Assembly (NCBI GenBank): GCA_017936605.1
Contig: JAGBFH010000022.1
Span: 916 to 64,915 of the forward strand
Reading direction: 5' to 3'
From: Tidjanibacter sp.
GTDB taxonomy: Bacteria; Bacteroidota; Bacteroidia; Bacteroidales; Rikenellaceae
Length of the DNA stretch: 64,000 nucleotides
Positions 8,150 to 17,574 of the stretch are shown piece by piece. Under the pieces are notes generated by a model that saw only the letters and a list, made by a program, of their open reading frames with translations, made no database searches and was not told the DNA's origin. The position numbers were made by a program, and so were the translations under genes. Numbering within the stretch: the first letter of the stretch is position 1; the number at the start of each line of letters is the position of its first letter.

Positions 8150-10207
8150 ATGACTTTTCTCGACTTTACCTCGCGGATGTTTCCTTCGTTCCGCACCACA
8201 CCATTCCACGCCCGCTACTATGCACTCCTTGAGGCCTTTGCCCAGGGGCGCATAAGGCGACTTATGATTACCATTCCGCCCCAGCACGGCAAATCGCTCG
8301 GCTCATCGGTGGCACTCCCCGCCTACCTCTTGGGCCTCAACCCCGACCTCCACATAGCCATTGCCTCCTATAGCGCCTCGCTGGCCCAGAAGTTCAACAA
8401 GCGTGTGCAGCGTCTTATAGACACTCCCGCCTATGCCGACATCTTCCCCGACACCACAATCAAGGCCGCAGGACGCTCGGGTGCCTACCAGCGCACAGCC
8501 GAGCTCACGGAGGTTGTGGGCCACACGGGCGACCTTGTGGCTGTGGGCAGAGAGGGCTCCCTGACTGGCAACCCTGTGGATGTGCTCATAATTGACGACC
8601 TCTACAAGGACGCAATGGAGGCCAACTCTCCCACCGTCAGGGAGAACTGCTGGGACTGGTACACCTCCGTTGTGCGCACCCGAGAGCACAACCTCTCGCG
8701 CGAACTTATTGTCTTCACCCGATGGCACAAGGAGGACCTGATTGGCCGCATCTACCAGAAAGAGAGGGTCGTGGAGCTCAAGAACTGGAGCGACATCGAC
8801 ACCCTCCCCGACGGCTGTTGGCTCCACCTGAACCTCGAGGCCCTCAAGACTACCCCCGCCACCGAGCTCGACCCTCGCGGGGTGGGCGAGCCACTCTGGG
8901 GCGAGCGCCACTCGGCCGAGCTGCTGAAGGAGAAACAGAGGCTCGACACGCTCCAATTCGAGGCTATGTATCAGGGGCGCCCGTCGGATGCTGCCGGCCT
9001 GCTCTATGGCGACAATTTTCAGACCTACTCGGCCCTGCCTGCTAAAAACGAAATCATCAGAAGGGCCAACTACACCGACACAGCCGATATGGGCGACGAC
9101 TACCTATGCTCGGTCTGCTACTCGGTGGGCACCGACGGCAACATCTACATCGAGGATGTGGTCTACTCGCGCGAGAAGATGGAGATAACCGAGCCTCTGG
9201 TGGCCGAGATGCTCACCCGCTGTGGCACTCCCGAGGCGACCATCGAGAGCAACAATGGCGGTCGCGGCTTTGCCCGCAACATCCAGCGCTTAGTACCCAA
9301 GTGCTCCATCGGGTGGTTCCACCAGAGCGCCAACAAGGAGTCGCGCATCCTTTCTAACGCCTCCACGGTGTTGCGTACGGTGCGTATGCCGGTGGACTGG
9401 AAGGAGCGGTGGGGCGATATGGCGGCCCACCTTATGGGATACAACCGCCGCTTCCGCACCAATCGCTGGCACGATGCAGCCGATGTGCTGACGGGCATCA
9501 TCGAGAGCGAGTGCAACCGCACCATTCGCAAACGCATCTACGGCACCTCCTTCTCCATACGCAACTATGTGCAGCCCAAGGAGCCCACCCCCACTCTCTC
9601 CTCGCGCCGCCTTACGGAGGCAGATTTTGAGGCTATGGCCGAGCGGTTGGGGGTGGAAAAGGCGGCCCTCAAGGCGGTTGTGGAGGTGGAGTGCTCCTCG
9701 CGTGGCGGCTTCCTCTTAGACGGCAGGCCACGCATACTCTTCGAGGGCCACATCTTCTGGCAACAGCTCCGCAAGAGGGGTTTCAGTCCCGAGAGTCTGC
9801 AAAAGGCCCACCCGTCAATCATCTATCCCAAGTGGGTGAGGACCCACTATCGTGGTGGTGCGGGCGAGTGGGAGCGCTTCTCGGAGGCGGCAGCCATCTC
9901 GCCCGAGGCGGCGGTGGAGTCGGCCAGCTGGGGTCTGTTCCAGATTATGGGCTTCCACTGGAGCACCTGCGGATGCGGCTCGGTGGAGGAGTTCAGAGAG
10001 CGTATGGAGAGGAGCGAGAGGGAGCAAATGGCCTTGGCAATGAATTTTCTTGAAAAAACGGGCATTGCAAAGTGGCTCAAAACAAAAGATTGGTGTAACT
10101 TTGCACTCAGATACAACGGCAGCGGCTACAAGGCCAATCGCTATGACCAGAAGCTCGCCGCCGCCTACAACAAGTTCAAACAACAAGAACAACACGCAAA
10201 GGAGTAG
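8150..10207 (+). CDS. Phage terminase large subunit fused to an N-acetylmuramidase (DUF3380-type endolysin)
   Basis: Walker A IPPQHGKS, Walker B LIIDD, TRWHKEDLIG, nuclease DTAD..GDDY, IESNNGG, HDAADV; from aa 488 LTEADF..LGVEKAALKAVVEVE..GGF...ILFEGHIF...SASWGLFQIMGFH...FALRYNGSGY. Confidence 0.9.
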   Translation: MTFLDFTSRMFPSFRTTPFHARYYALLEAFAQGRIRRLMITIPPQHGKSLGSSVALPAYLLGLNPDLHIAIASYSASLAQKFNKRVQRLIDTPAYADIFPDTTIKAAGRSGAYQRTAELTEVVGHTGDLVAVGREGSLTGNPVDVLIIDDLYKDAMEANSPTVRENCWDWYTSVVRTREHNLSRELIVFTRWHKEDLIGRIYQKERVVELKNWSDIDTLPDGCWLHLNLEALKTTPATELDPRGVGEPLWGERHSAELLKEKQRLDTLQFEAMYQGRPSDAAGLLYGDNFQTYSALPAKNEIIRRANYTDTADMGDDYLCSVCYSVGTDGNIYIEDVVYSREKMEITEPLVAEMLTRCGTPEATIESNNGGRGFARNIQRLVPKCSIGWFHQSANKESRILSNASTVLRTVRMPVDWKERWGDMAAHLMGYNRRFRTNRWHDAADVLTGIIESECNRTIRKRIYGTSFSIRNYVQPKEPTPTLSSRRLTEADFEAMAERLGVEKAALKAVVEVECSSRGGFLLDGRPRILFEGHIFWQQLRKRGFSPESLQKAHPSIIYPKWVRTHYRGGAGEWERFSEAAAISPEAAVESASWGLFQIMGFHWSTCGCGSVEEFRERMERSEREQMALAMNFLEKTGIAKWLKTKDWCNFALRYNGSGYKANRYDQKLAAAYNKFKQQEQHAKE

Positions 10208-10231
10208 CACCACTCTCCGACTCAAGTAGCA

Positions 10232-12046
10232 ATGAAGACCCTCGAACTCCTCGCCCCCGCCAAGGACCTCGCCACCGCCCGTGCCGCCATCGACTCGGGT
10301 GCCGATGCGGTCTATATGGGCGGGCCGCGCCTGGGCGCACGAGCCGCCGCCACCAACTCTATGGAGGACATCCGCCAGGCGGCACGCTATGCCCACCTCT
10401 ACGGCGCAAGGCTCTATATGACAATGAACACCATCGTCTATGAGCACGAGTTGGAGGAGGCCCGCAAAATAGCCCAAGAGGCCATCGAGGCGGGTGTGGA
10501 TGCGCTCATCGTTCAGGATATGGCCTACTGCCGTATGGGGCTCGAGGGTGCCGAACTCCACGCCTCCACTCAGATGTACAACGCCTCGCCCGAGAGGGTC
10601 CGTTTCCTCGGTCAGGCGGGCTTTTCGCGAATAGTCCTCGAGAGGGGGCTTACGGCCGACCAGATGAGGGAGATATGCAGTGCCACCGACAAGGAGATTG
10701 AGGTCTTCATTCACGGGGCCATCTGCGTATGTGGCAGTGGCAGGTGTTATATGAGCCGTTCGCTCTCCCACCGCAGTGGCAATCGTGGCGAGTGCAGTCA
10801 GCCTTGCCGCCAGCGCTACGACCTGAGGGATGGCAGCGGCAAAATCATACGCAAAGGGCTACACCTCCTGTCGGTCAAAGACCTCGACCTTTCGGCCCAC
10901 ATTGGTGAACTCATAGATATGGGCGTGGTGTCGTTCAAGATTGAGGGCCGCCTGAAGGATGAGGCCTATGTGAGAAACATCACAGCCCACTACAGCCGTC
11001 TGCTCGACGAGGCCATAGCCGCTCGCAAGTGTTGCCGCAGGGCCTCCCGAGGGCGTGTGAGCCTCGACTTTAGCCCCTCGCCAGCCAAGACCTTCACCCG
11101 CAGTGGTGGCGACTACATCTTCCGCGGAAAGCGTGCGGGCCTCGCCTCGTTTGACACCCCCAAGGCTATGGGCGAACGACTCGGCAGGGTGACAAAGATA
11201 GTGGGGCGCAGTTTTCTGCTCGACAAAAAGAGTGACCTCGCCTCGGGCGACGGCATCTGCTTCATAGCCGCGGGCGAACTCGTGGGCACAAACATCAACT
11301 CAGCCGAGGCCGGCGGCCGCATAACCCCCAACAGGATGGAGGGCATTGCGGTGGGCACCGACATCTATCGCAACTACCACAAGGCCTTCTATGACACCCT
11401 CGGTGCAACTCGCACACGCCGTTCGATGCCCGTTTGGGCCACGCTCTCGACCGACAAAAAAGGCTGCACGCTCTCGCTACGCAATGAGGAGGGGACCATT
11501 GTGGAGGCCACCACAGACACCCACTTTGAGCCCGCAACCAAAGGCGAGATGGCCATAGGCTCCATAACCTCTTCGCTCCGCAAGAGCGGCTCATCGCCCT
11601 TCGATGTGGTGGATGTGGAGTTCCAGTTCGATGGGCCCGTGCCCTTCATCCCCACAGGAGCACTCAACGCCCTGCGCCGAGAGGCCCTCGAGAGGCTCGA
11701 GGAGCTGTTGCGCAACAGTCAGCCGCCGAAGAATATCGCCCCCGAGGACCCCACAGTTCCCTATTCCCTACGCACCATAGGTGGCGACCACAATGTTGCC
11801 AACTCGCTCGCCCGCCGATTCTACACCGACCACGGCGTGGAACGCATAGACGAGGGCTACGACCTGCTGCCCGACCTGGAGGGTGTGGAGGTTATGCGCA
11901 CCCCCTACTGCATACGCCGCGAGATTGGCCAGTGTCTGAAGCAGGGCTCACGACTCAAGGAGCCCCTCACACTCATCCACGGCACCGAGGAGTACCGCCT
12001 GCGCTTCGACTGCAAGGAGTGCTCAATGCACATTGAGAAAATGTAA
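10232..12046 (+). CDS. U32 family protein with DUF3656 domain (RlhA-like)
   Basis: ELLAPA, GADAVYMGG, HASTQ, HGAICVCGSGRCYMS, NRGECSQPCR, SFKIEGR. Confidence 0.88.
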   Translation: MKTLELLAPAKDLATARAAIDSGADAVYMGGPRLGARAAATNSMEDIRQAARYAHLYGARLYMTMNTIVYEHELEEARKIAQEAIEAGVDALIVQDMAYCRMGLEGAELHASTQMYNASPERVRFLGQAGFSRIVLERGLTADQMREICSATDKEIEVFIHGAICVCGSGRCYMSRSLSHRSGNRGECSQPCRQRYDLRDGSGKIIRKGLHLLSVKDLDLSAHIGELIDMGVVSFKIEGRLKDEAYVRNITAHYSRLLDEAIAARKCCRRASRGRVSLDFSPSPAKTFTRSGGDYIFRGKRAGLASFDTPKAMGERLGRVTKIVGRSFLLDKKSDLASGDGICFIAAGELVGTNINSAEAGGRITPNRMEGIAVGTDIYRNYHKAFYDTLGATRTRRSMPVWATLSTDKKGCTLSLRNEEGTIVEATTDTHFEPATKGEMAIGSITSSLRKSGSSPFDVVDVEFQFDGPVPFIPTGALNALRREALERLEELLRNSQPPKNIAPEDPTVPYSLRTIGGDHNVANSLARRFYTDHGVERIDEGYDLLPDLEGVEVMRTPYCIRREIGQCLKQGSRLKEPLTLIHGTEEYRLRFDCKECSMHIEKM

Positions 12047-12101
12047 AACTCAAAATTGACATAACTAACGGCCAATGGCTAATAGCTAACAGCAAACAGA
12101 T

Positions 12102-13001
12102 ATGAATAGTCCTGAATTACTTTCGCCCGTGTGGCAAGATTATGAGCTCATAGACTCGGGTGACTTCGAGAAACTCGAGCGATTTGGTCGTTGGGTGACT
12201 CGCCGCCCCGAGCCACAGGCCATCTGGCACAAGTCCCTCAGCGAGGAGGAGTGGCAGCGCACCGCCACGGCCACCTTTCGTCGTGAGGCCGGCAGCGAGG
12301 AGCGCGGCCGTTGGTCGCTCTCGCCCAAGCAGCCCGAGCAGTGGCGCATATCCCAGAGGGTGGGCGACAGGCAAATTGTCTTCCGTCTGGGTCTGACCAG
12401 TTTCAAGCACTTAGGCATCTTCCCCGAGCAGGCCGAGAACTGGAATTTTATATATGAGAGTGTCAGGGAGCTTATCGTAAGGGGAGGGAAGGACTCCGAC
12501 CGCCCCAAGGTCCTCAATATGTTCGCCTATACGGGTGGTGCGTCGCTTGCAGCGGCAGCGGCCGGTGCCGAGGTGACCCATGTGGATAGCGTCAAGCAGT
12601 GCATATCGTGGGCGCGAGAAAATATGGAGGAGAGCCACCTTGAGGGCATACGCTGGGTTGTGGAGGATGCTCTGAAGTTCGCACGCCGCGAGGTGCGCCG
12701 AGGCCACCGCTACGACGGCATAATCCTCGACCCGCCCGCCTATGGTCGTGGTCCCGAGGGCGAAAAGTGGGTGCTCGAGCAGAACATCGCCGAGATGCTC
12801 GCCCTGTGTGCCGAGCTACTCGGTCCCAACGGTTTCCTTGTGCTGAACCTCTACTCTATGGGGCTCTCGGCCCTGCTGGCCAAGAGTGCCGTCAATCAAC
12901 TCATACCCTCGCCCCGCACCGAGCAGTTCGGCGAGCTCTACTTCACCGACCGTCAGGGCAAAAACCTGCCGTTGGGCGTCTACTATCGTTGCAAGAAATA
13001 A
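12102..13001 (+). CDS. Class I SAM-dependent methyltransferase (RlmI/RlmK-like)
   Basis: YELIDSGDFEKLERFG, KVLNMFAYTGGAS, YDGIILDPPAYGRG. Confidence 0.85.
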   Translation: MNSPELLSPVWQDYELIDSGDFEKLERFGRWVTRRPEPQAIWHKSLSEEEWQRTATATFRREAGSEERGRWSLSPKQPEQWRISQRVGDRQIVFRLGLTSFKHLGIFPEQAENWNFIYESVRELIVRGGKDSDRPKVLNMFAYTGGASLAAAAAGAEVTHVDSVKQCISWARENMEESHLEGIRWVVEDALKFARREVRRGHRYDGIILDPPAYGRGPEGEKWVLEQNIAEMLALCAELLGPNGFLVLNLYSMGLSALLAKSAVNQLIPSPRTEQFGELYFTDRQGKNLPLGVYYRCKK

Positions 13002-13630
13002 TGAGGCCGGAGATAGTCAGCTATATCGAGGAGTGCATCTTGCCTCGCTATGCGGAGTACGATGCGGCCCATCGTCGTGACCACATTGAGGGTGTCATTG
13101 AGCGCAGCCTCGCACTTGCCGAGCACTACCCCGAGCTACACAAAGAGATGGTCTATGTTGTGGCCGCCTACCACGACCTCGGACTTCCCGAGGGGCGTGA
13201 CACTCACCACATCTCCTCTGCACGACTTATGGCCGAGGATGAGAGGCTCAGGGAGTGGTTCTCCACCGAGCAGGTGCAGACTATGCGTGAGGCCATAGAG
13301 GACCACCGCGCCTCTGCCACACGCCCGCCCCGCTCGCTCTATGGGATGATTGTCGCCGAGGCCGACCGCCAGATAGTACCCGAGGTGGTTATGCGCCGCA
13401 CGGTGCAGTATGGCCTTGCCCACTACCCCCACCTCACTCGCGAGGAGCACTGGGAGCGCTTTGTGGGCCACCTCCACGAGAAGTATGACTACGGCGGCTA
13501 CCTCACGCTCTACATTCCCAACTCCGAGAACGCCCGCCAACTCGAGATTCTCCGCACCATCATAGCCGACAAAACAAGACTCCGCGATCTCTTTGAGGAG
13601 ATTTTTGAAGGGTTGAGAAGAGAGCATTGA
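13001..13630 (+). CDS. HD-domain phosphohydrolase
   Basis: True start at the ATG overlapping the upstream TAA; AAHRRDH, AAYHDLG, EDHRAS, IVAEADR. Confidence 0.85.
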   Translation: MRPEIVSYIEECILPRYAEYDAAHRRDHIEGVIERSLALAEHYPELHKEMVYVVAAYHDLGLPEGRDTHHISSARLMAEDERLREWFSTEQVQTMREAIEDHRASATRPPRSLYGMIVAEADRQIVPEVVMRRTVQYGLAHYPHLTREEHWERFVGHLHEKYDYGGYLTLYIPNSENARQLEILRTIIADKTRLRDLFEEIFEGLRREH

Positions 13631-13810
13631 AAGGGCCAAAAGGGCAAAAAGGGCAAAAAGGGCAAAAAGGATTTTAAGGTCATTAAGGACCTTAAAGACC
13701 TTAAGGACCTTATACTTCAAGTATCAATTCCCTTTTGGCCCTTTCGGCCCTTTCGGCCCTTCCCCTCCCCTAAGTTAGGGGAGGGTCCGCGAAGCGGGGG
13801 AGAGGTCTGT
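13629..13810. repeat. 9-mer mosaic plus REP-like palindrome
   Basis: (AAAAGGGCA)n, (TAAGGACCT)n, (GGCCCTTTC)n, then CCCTCCCCTAA-G-TTAGGGGAGGG at 13763-13785. Confidence 0.85.
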
Positions 13811-13842
13811 CGACGGTCGTCGGTTGTCGCCGAGTGCATATC

Positions 13843-13940
13843 GCGGAGGGAATTTTGTGCCAACAAGATGGGCGAGTCCGCAGCTTACTCGAGGTAAGTG
13901 AGGAACTCGCCCATTGTAGGTGGTGCAAAATTCACCCGCG
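13843..13940 (+). repeat. Dispersed ~100-bp hairpin element A, copy 1
   Basis: CCGCAG-CTTAC-loop-GTAAG-TGAGGA core with imperfect terminal inverted repeats. Confidence 0.85.
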
Positions 13941-13955
13941 AGATGTGCTCGCGAG

Positions 13956-15509
13956 CTATTCTCTGTGGAAAATGGCAACCTTACCATCCGCCACCTCGAG
14001 GTCGATGACACGCGGACCGCGATGGACACGGTCGCTGCCCCACTCGCGCCACGAGCCCTTCGGCAAACGCACCATACGGGTAGCACCCTTGCCCACAGGC
14101 GGAGCCACAAGCCACCTCTCACCAAACATATACTGGTCGTCACAATTGGTGAAACCCTTGCGTGGGAACTCATACTCCAAGTGTCGCACAATGGGCTCGG
14201 CCGTAGAGGCGCACTGAGCCACAAGTGCCGATATGTAATCCCTATTTTCCTCGCGCCACAGTAGCACATCCTTGAGCGGCTCCAAATCCTCGAGGCCCCA
14301 GACCGCATAGGGGATAATCGCAATGGGCATCAGGGCCGCACACTGGGCCGCACGCATAACAAGCTCCCTATCGCCACCAAAGTCTATGCCCGCAGCAAAC
14401 AGAGTGCGGGGGTAGCCGAGCAGCGAGGCGTTGATGCTACGCGCCACACTCCTCTCCAGCTCCTGCCACGAATAGCGGCGCGTGGTCGACACCGAACAAC
14501 AGAGCCCATTGTCGGGCTCGCCAAGTGGCGAAGAGTAGACCGCCTCACTGATGCCCTCGCTCACACTATGCCACGCCTCGAGGTACTTTTCGACCCTCGC
14601 CAAATCGTCACCCAGAAGGCTGGTGGCATCGAGCATATCGAAGTAGAAACCATCCACACCATACTCTTTCTGGAGCCTGCGGAGCGAGGTGTTCATCTCC
14701 TCCACACACTCGGAGCAGAGCGAGCGACAGGCGGTATAGCCCAGTCGGCTCTGGAAAACTATGGGCTCACCCTTGGCGTTGGTGAGCAGTTGTCCCTCCT
14801 TGCGGCACCTCTGGTAGTTGCGACCCGCCGCCATAATGTATGGCGAGACGGTGAGCATCACGCCCATACCCTCCGCGTGGAGTTTCTCAATCATCATCTC
14901 GGGGTCGGGATAGGCCACCGCATCGAAGGTGAGTGTTCCCGAGGGGGTGTGCCAACCGATGGGGAGCAAAATGGTCCCCTTGGGCATACCGAGCCTTTCG
15001 AGTCGGGCTGCAAAGTCGAGCACATCCTGCTGGGTGTAGAGCAGCGCATCGTCGCCGCCGAGTTCATAGATAGGGGCGGTGAATAGGAAGTCCGAACAAT
15101 TAACTGTAGTGCTGTCTGCCAGATACTTGTGGTAGTTCATAATGTAGCTTTCGCGCAGCGAGCGACCCGCCTTTTCGAGCTCCACCTGCTGGCCCTCGGC
15201 AGGGGTGACAATAAGTTTTGTGCCGTCATAGCTCACCGTCACGGGCTTCTCGCTATGCAGATAGCGGCCACGATTGGAGAGCAGATGATTGGCCCTGAAG
15301 GTATTGGCCGCCAGCTCGGAGGTGTTAATCACAAAGCCCCCCTCGAAGGGTAGAGTCACCCTACCCTCGCCGGCCACCACTCCCCACCAACGCTCACCGC
15401 TAACGATGGGAATCTCCACATTATCTCTCCTATTTGAGGCCTCCGCCCCAACCACCGCGAGGGTCAGAGCCACAAGGGCGAGTATTGTTGTCTTGAAATT
15501 CACACTCAT
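13956..15509 (-). CDS. GH31-like glycoside hydrolase homologue (secreted), possibly catalytically degenerate
   Basis: Start re-assigned to MSVNFKTT signal peptide; ERWWG, SNRGRY, GW..F....YPDP..MIEKLH, GVDGFYFD, LLGYP, YMFGERWLVAP. Confidence 0.8.
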   Translation of the reverse strand: MSVNFKTTILALVALTLAVVGAEASNRRDNVEIPIVSGERWWGVVAGEGRVTLPFEGGFVINTSELAANTFRANHLLSNRGRYLHSEKPVTVSYDGTKLIVTPAEGQQVELEKAGRSLRESYIMNYHKYLADSTTVNCSDFLFTAPIYELGGDDALLYTQQDVLDFAARLERLGMPKGTILLPIGWHTPSGTLTFDAVAYPDPEMMIEKLHAEGMGVMLTVSPYIMAAGRNYQRCRKEGQLLTNAKGEPIVFQSRLGYTACRSLCSECVEEMNTSLRRLQKEYGVDGFYFDMLDATSLLGDDLARVEKYLEAWHSVSEGISEAVYSSPLGEPDNGLCCSVSTTRRYSWQELERSVARSINASLLGYPRTLFAAGIDFGGDRELVMRAAQCAALMPIAIIPYAVWGLEDLEPLKDVLLWREENRDYISALVAQCASTAEPIVRHLEYEFPRKGFTNCDDQYMFGERWLVAPPVGKGATRMVRLPKGSWREWGSDRVHRGPRVIDLEVADGKVAIFHRE

Positions 15510-15582
15510 ACGACAATTTCTCAAAAAAATCTGCGCAAGGTAGCTATTTCTCGGCAGAATGTCAAATTCCGTGCCTATACCC

Positions 15583-16359
15583 TCAGCCACGAGGTCCCCT
15601 CGGAGAGCCCCCAAAGCGGGGAAAGCGGCGAACGCTCCAGAGGGTGTTGGTGGCCGCACGGCGCAGCGACATATCGGGCGCTTCGGAGAGGCGCGAGGCC
15701 ACCGCAGGCGCATCACCAACGCCCTCAACCTGAGCCATATAGAGCTCCAGCAGTTGGAGATTATAGCAGCTCGCACCATCCCACCTCGGCATCTCCAGCA
15801 CCCAGTTTCGCATTTTGAGGACCTCCACAACACGCCCCATCTGTTGCCACGAAAGCCTATGGGGGTGCATTTTCAAGAGCGAAGCCACCTGCGAGGGCTT
15901 GGCATAGAGGACCACCAAGAGCCGAGCAAGAGCCGCACGGGCTGTGCGGAATCGGCACTCCTCCACCCTGCCCGCCGCCTGCAATGAGGGGTGGAGCCCG
16001 AGGAGCAGTTCCATAGCCTCGGCGGCACGGCGCGAGGAGATGGGGTGCCCAATGGTGCGGAGCAACATCTGCTCCACGCCCCAAGCCTGCGAAAGCACCC
16101 TCACGCGCTCGGCCCTGCACTCCACAAAGCACCCCGCAAGGGTGGCGAGCACCCGACCCGCACGCCATAGTTGCCACCTGCCACGCGGCACCACACCGCG
16201 CAGCCCCTCGGGGCCCGAGGTTGCCGAGAGAAAACCGTAAATCTCCACCGTGTGGGCCACAAGGTGGGCGTAGGACCTTTGGTTGCGGCGGTGGCGTAGA
16301 GCCACAGCCAGAGCAAGAACCCCAAACGAGGCGACAACAAAGAGAAGAACTACCTGCAT
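15583..16359 (-). CDS. Hypothetical protein with N-terminal TM helix and helical-repeat-like body
   Basis: Start re-assigned to MQVVLLF; overlaps the upstream receiver-like gene by 10 nt. Confidence 0.55.
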   Translation of the reverse strand: MQVVLLFVVASFGVLALAVALRHRRNQRSYAHLVAHTVEIYGFLSATSGPEGLRGVVPRGRWQLWRAGRVLATLAGCFVECRAERVRVLSQAWGVEQMLLRTIGHPISSRRAAEAMELLLGLHPSLQAAGRVEECRFRTARAALARLLVVLYAKPSQVASLLKMHPHRLSWQQMGRVVEVLKMRNWVLEMPRWDGASCYNLQLLELYMAQVEGVGDAPAVASRLSEAPDMSLRRAATNTLWSVRRFPRFGGSPRGPRG

Positions 16360-16742
16360 AGTGGTCTGTATTTTTCGAGTTCCAGGCGCACCTTGCGCGC
16401 CAGTCGGCCGAGGCTCACCGGAAGCGACAAAAACTGGTTGGCGCCACGCTCGAGCAGAGTCACCACAATCTTCTCGTCGCGTGTGTGCGATAGTAGAAAG
16501 AGGTGGGTCGCACCACCCTCCCCACGCAACCTTCGGGCCTCCTCGGGCGAGGAGATAAGTGGGTGCAGAAAGCGGCTGATAATCAGTTGGTAGTGATGGT
16601 GGCGACACCTCTCAAGAAGCTCCCTGTGGGAGCGGGCAACATCGGCCCCTATGCCGTAGCTGTGGAGCGTGTGGCTCAAGAGCTCCAGGAGCGGCTCCTC
16701 GGAGGCGGCAATGATGACGGGGTGGTGGTCGTGGTGGTTCAT
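16350..16742 (-). CDS. Atypical response-regulator receiver domain (pseudo-receiver)
   Basis: Receiver fold pattern (..LLERGANQFLSLPVSL) but QLIISRF where DLIILD is expected and no conserved Lys-Pro. Confidence 0.65.
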   Translation of the reverse strand: MNHHDHHPVIIAASEEPLLELLSHTLHSYGIGADVARSHRELLERCRHHHYQLIISRFLHPLISSPEEARRLRGEGGATHLFLLSHTRDEKIVVTLLERGANQFLSLPVSLGRLARKVRLELEKYRPLCR

Positions 16743-16866
16743 AATGTCCCTATTTTACTCTGGGGGCCACAGACCAAAAAATAGACCAAAAAGCCAAAAC
16801 GATAGAAAAAAGAGCCAGAAAGGGAATAAAATTTAGCCGAGTGTTTGGTGATTAGATTTTTCTTTG

Positions 16867-16874
16867 TACATTTG
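16867..16874 (+). promoter_or_regulatory. Promoter -7 element for rplU-rpmA
   Basis: TACATTTG matches TAnnTTTG. Confidence 0.7.
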
Positions 16875-16909
16875 CGGGCTAATTTTAGCTAAAATATAAT
16901 TTATAAACT

Positions 16910-17224
16910 ATGTACGTAATAGTAGAAATCGCAGGCCAACAGTTTAAGGCTGAGAAAGGTAGGAAGCTCTACGTAAACCGTCTCCACGAGGATGTAGATG
17001 CCTCGGTGAGCTTCGACAAAGTCCTGCTGGTAGAAAACGACGGTCAGGTTTTGGTAGGCACACCTGTTGTAGAAGGCGCCTCTGTAAAAGCTAAAGTTCT
17101 TCGCCATCTGAGGGATGACAAAGTGCTCGTATTCAAGAAGAAACGCCGCAAAGGCTATCAGAAATTGAACGGTCACCGTCAGTACCTTACCCAGGTGGTA
17201 GTAGAGGACATTATTGTTGCATAA
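16910..17224 (+). CDS. rplU: 50S ribosomal protein L21
   Basis: [13 protein letters not shown]...[21 protein letters not shown]. Confidence 0.98.
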   Translation: MYVIVEIAGQQFKAEKGRKLYVNRLHEDVDASVSFDKVLLVENDGQVLVGTPVVEGASVKAKVLRHLRDDKVLVFKKKRRKGYQKLNGHRQYLTQVVVEDIIVA

Positions 17225-17243
17225 CTAAAAAAATTCACAGACA

Positions 17244-17504
17244 ATGGCACACAAGAAAGGTGTAGGTAGTTCAAAGAACGGCCGTGAGTCGGAGAGCAAA
17301 CGACTCGGCGTAAAATTGTTCGGCGGTGAATTTGCAAAAGCAGGCAACATTCTGGTCCGCCAGCGTGGTACCGTACACAACCCCGGTGAGAATGTGGGTA
17401 TGGGTAAGGATCACACTCTCTTCGCTCTGGTAGATGGCACCGTTACTTTCCGCAAGAAAGAGGGTGGCAAATCGTTCGTGAGCGTTACTCCCATCAGCGA
17501 GTAA
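17244..17504 (+). CDS. rpmA: 50S ribosomal protein L27
   Basis: [24 protein letters not shown]. Confidence 0.98.
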   Translation: MAHKKGVGSSKNGRESESKRLGVKLFGGEFAKAGNILVRQRGTVHNPGENVGMGKDHTLFALVDGTVTFRKKEGGKSFVSVTPISE

Positions 17505-17525
17505 TCCCTGAAGAACTGAAAAGAA

Positions 17526-17561
17526 AAAGCGACTGTCCGTATGGGCGGTCGCTTTTTTTGT
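17526..17561 (+). terminator. Intrinsic terminator after rpmA
   Basis: AAAAGCGACTGTCC-GTAT-GGGCGGTCGCTTTTTTT. Confidence 0.85.
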
Positions 17562-17574
17562 TGGTGGCTGGCTT

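Noticed and set aside
9563-9720. Separate endolysin start at AACT-ATG
   Set aside because: This ATG is out of frame with the muramidase domain and reaches TAG after about 50 codons.
12767-13000. GTG-start extension of the HD-domain ORF
   Set aside because: Overlaps the methyltransferase; a coupled TAATG start at 13001 fits better.
15510-15833. N-terminal extension of the GH31 ORF as given in the track
   Set aside because: Overlaps the upstream gene; a clear signal peptide begins at 15509.
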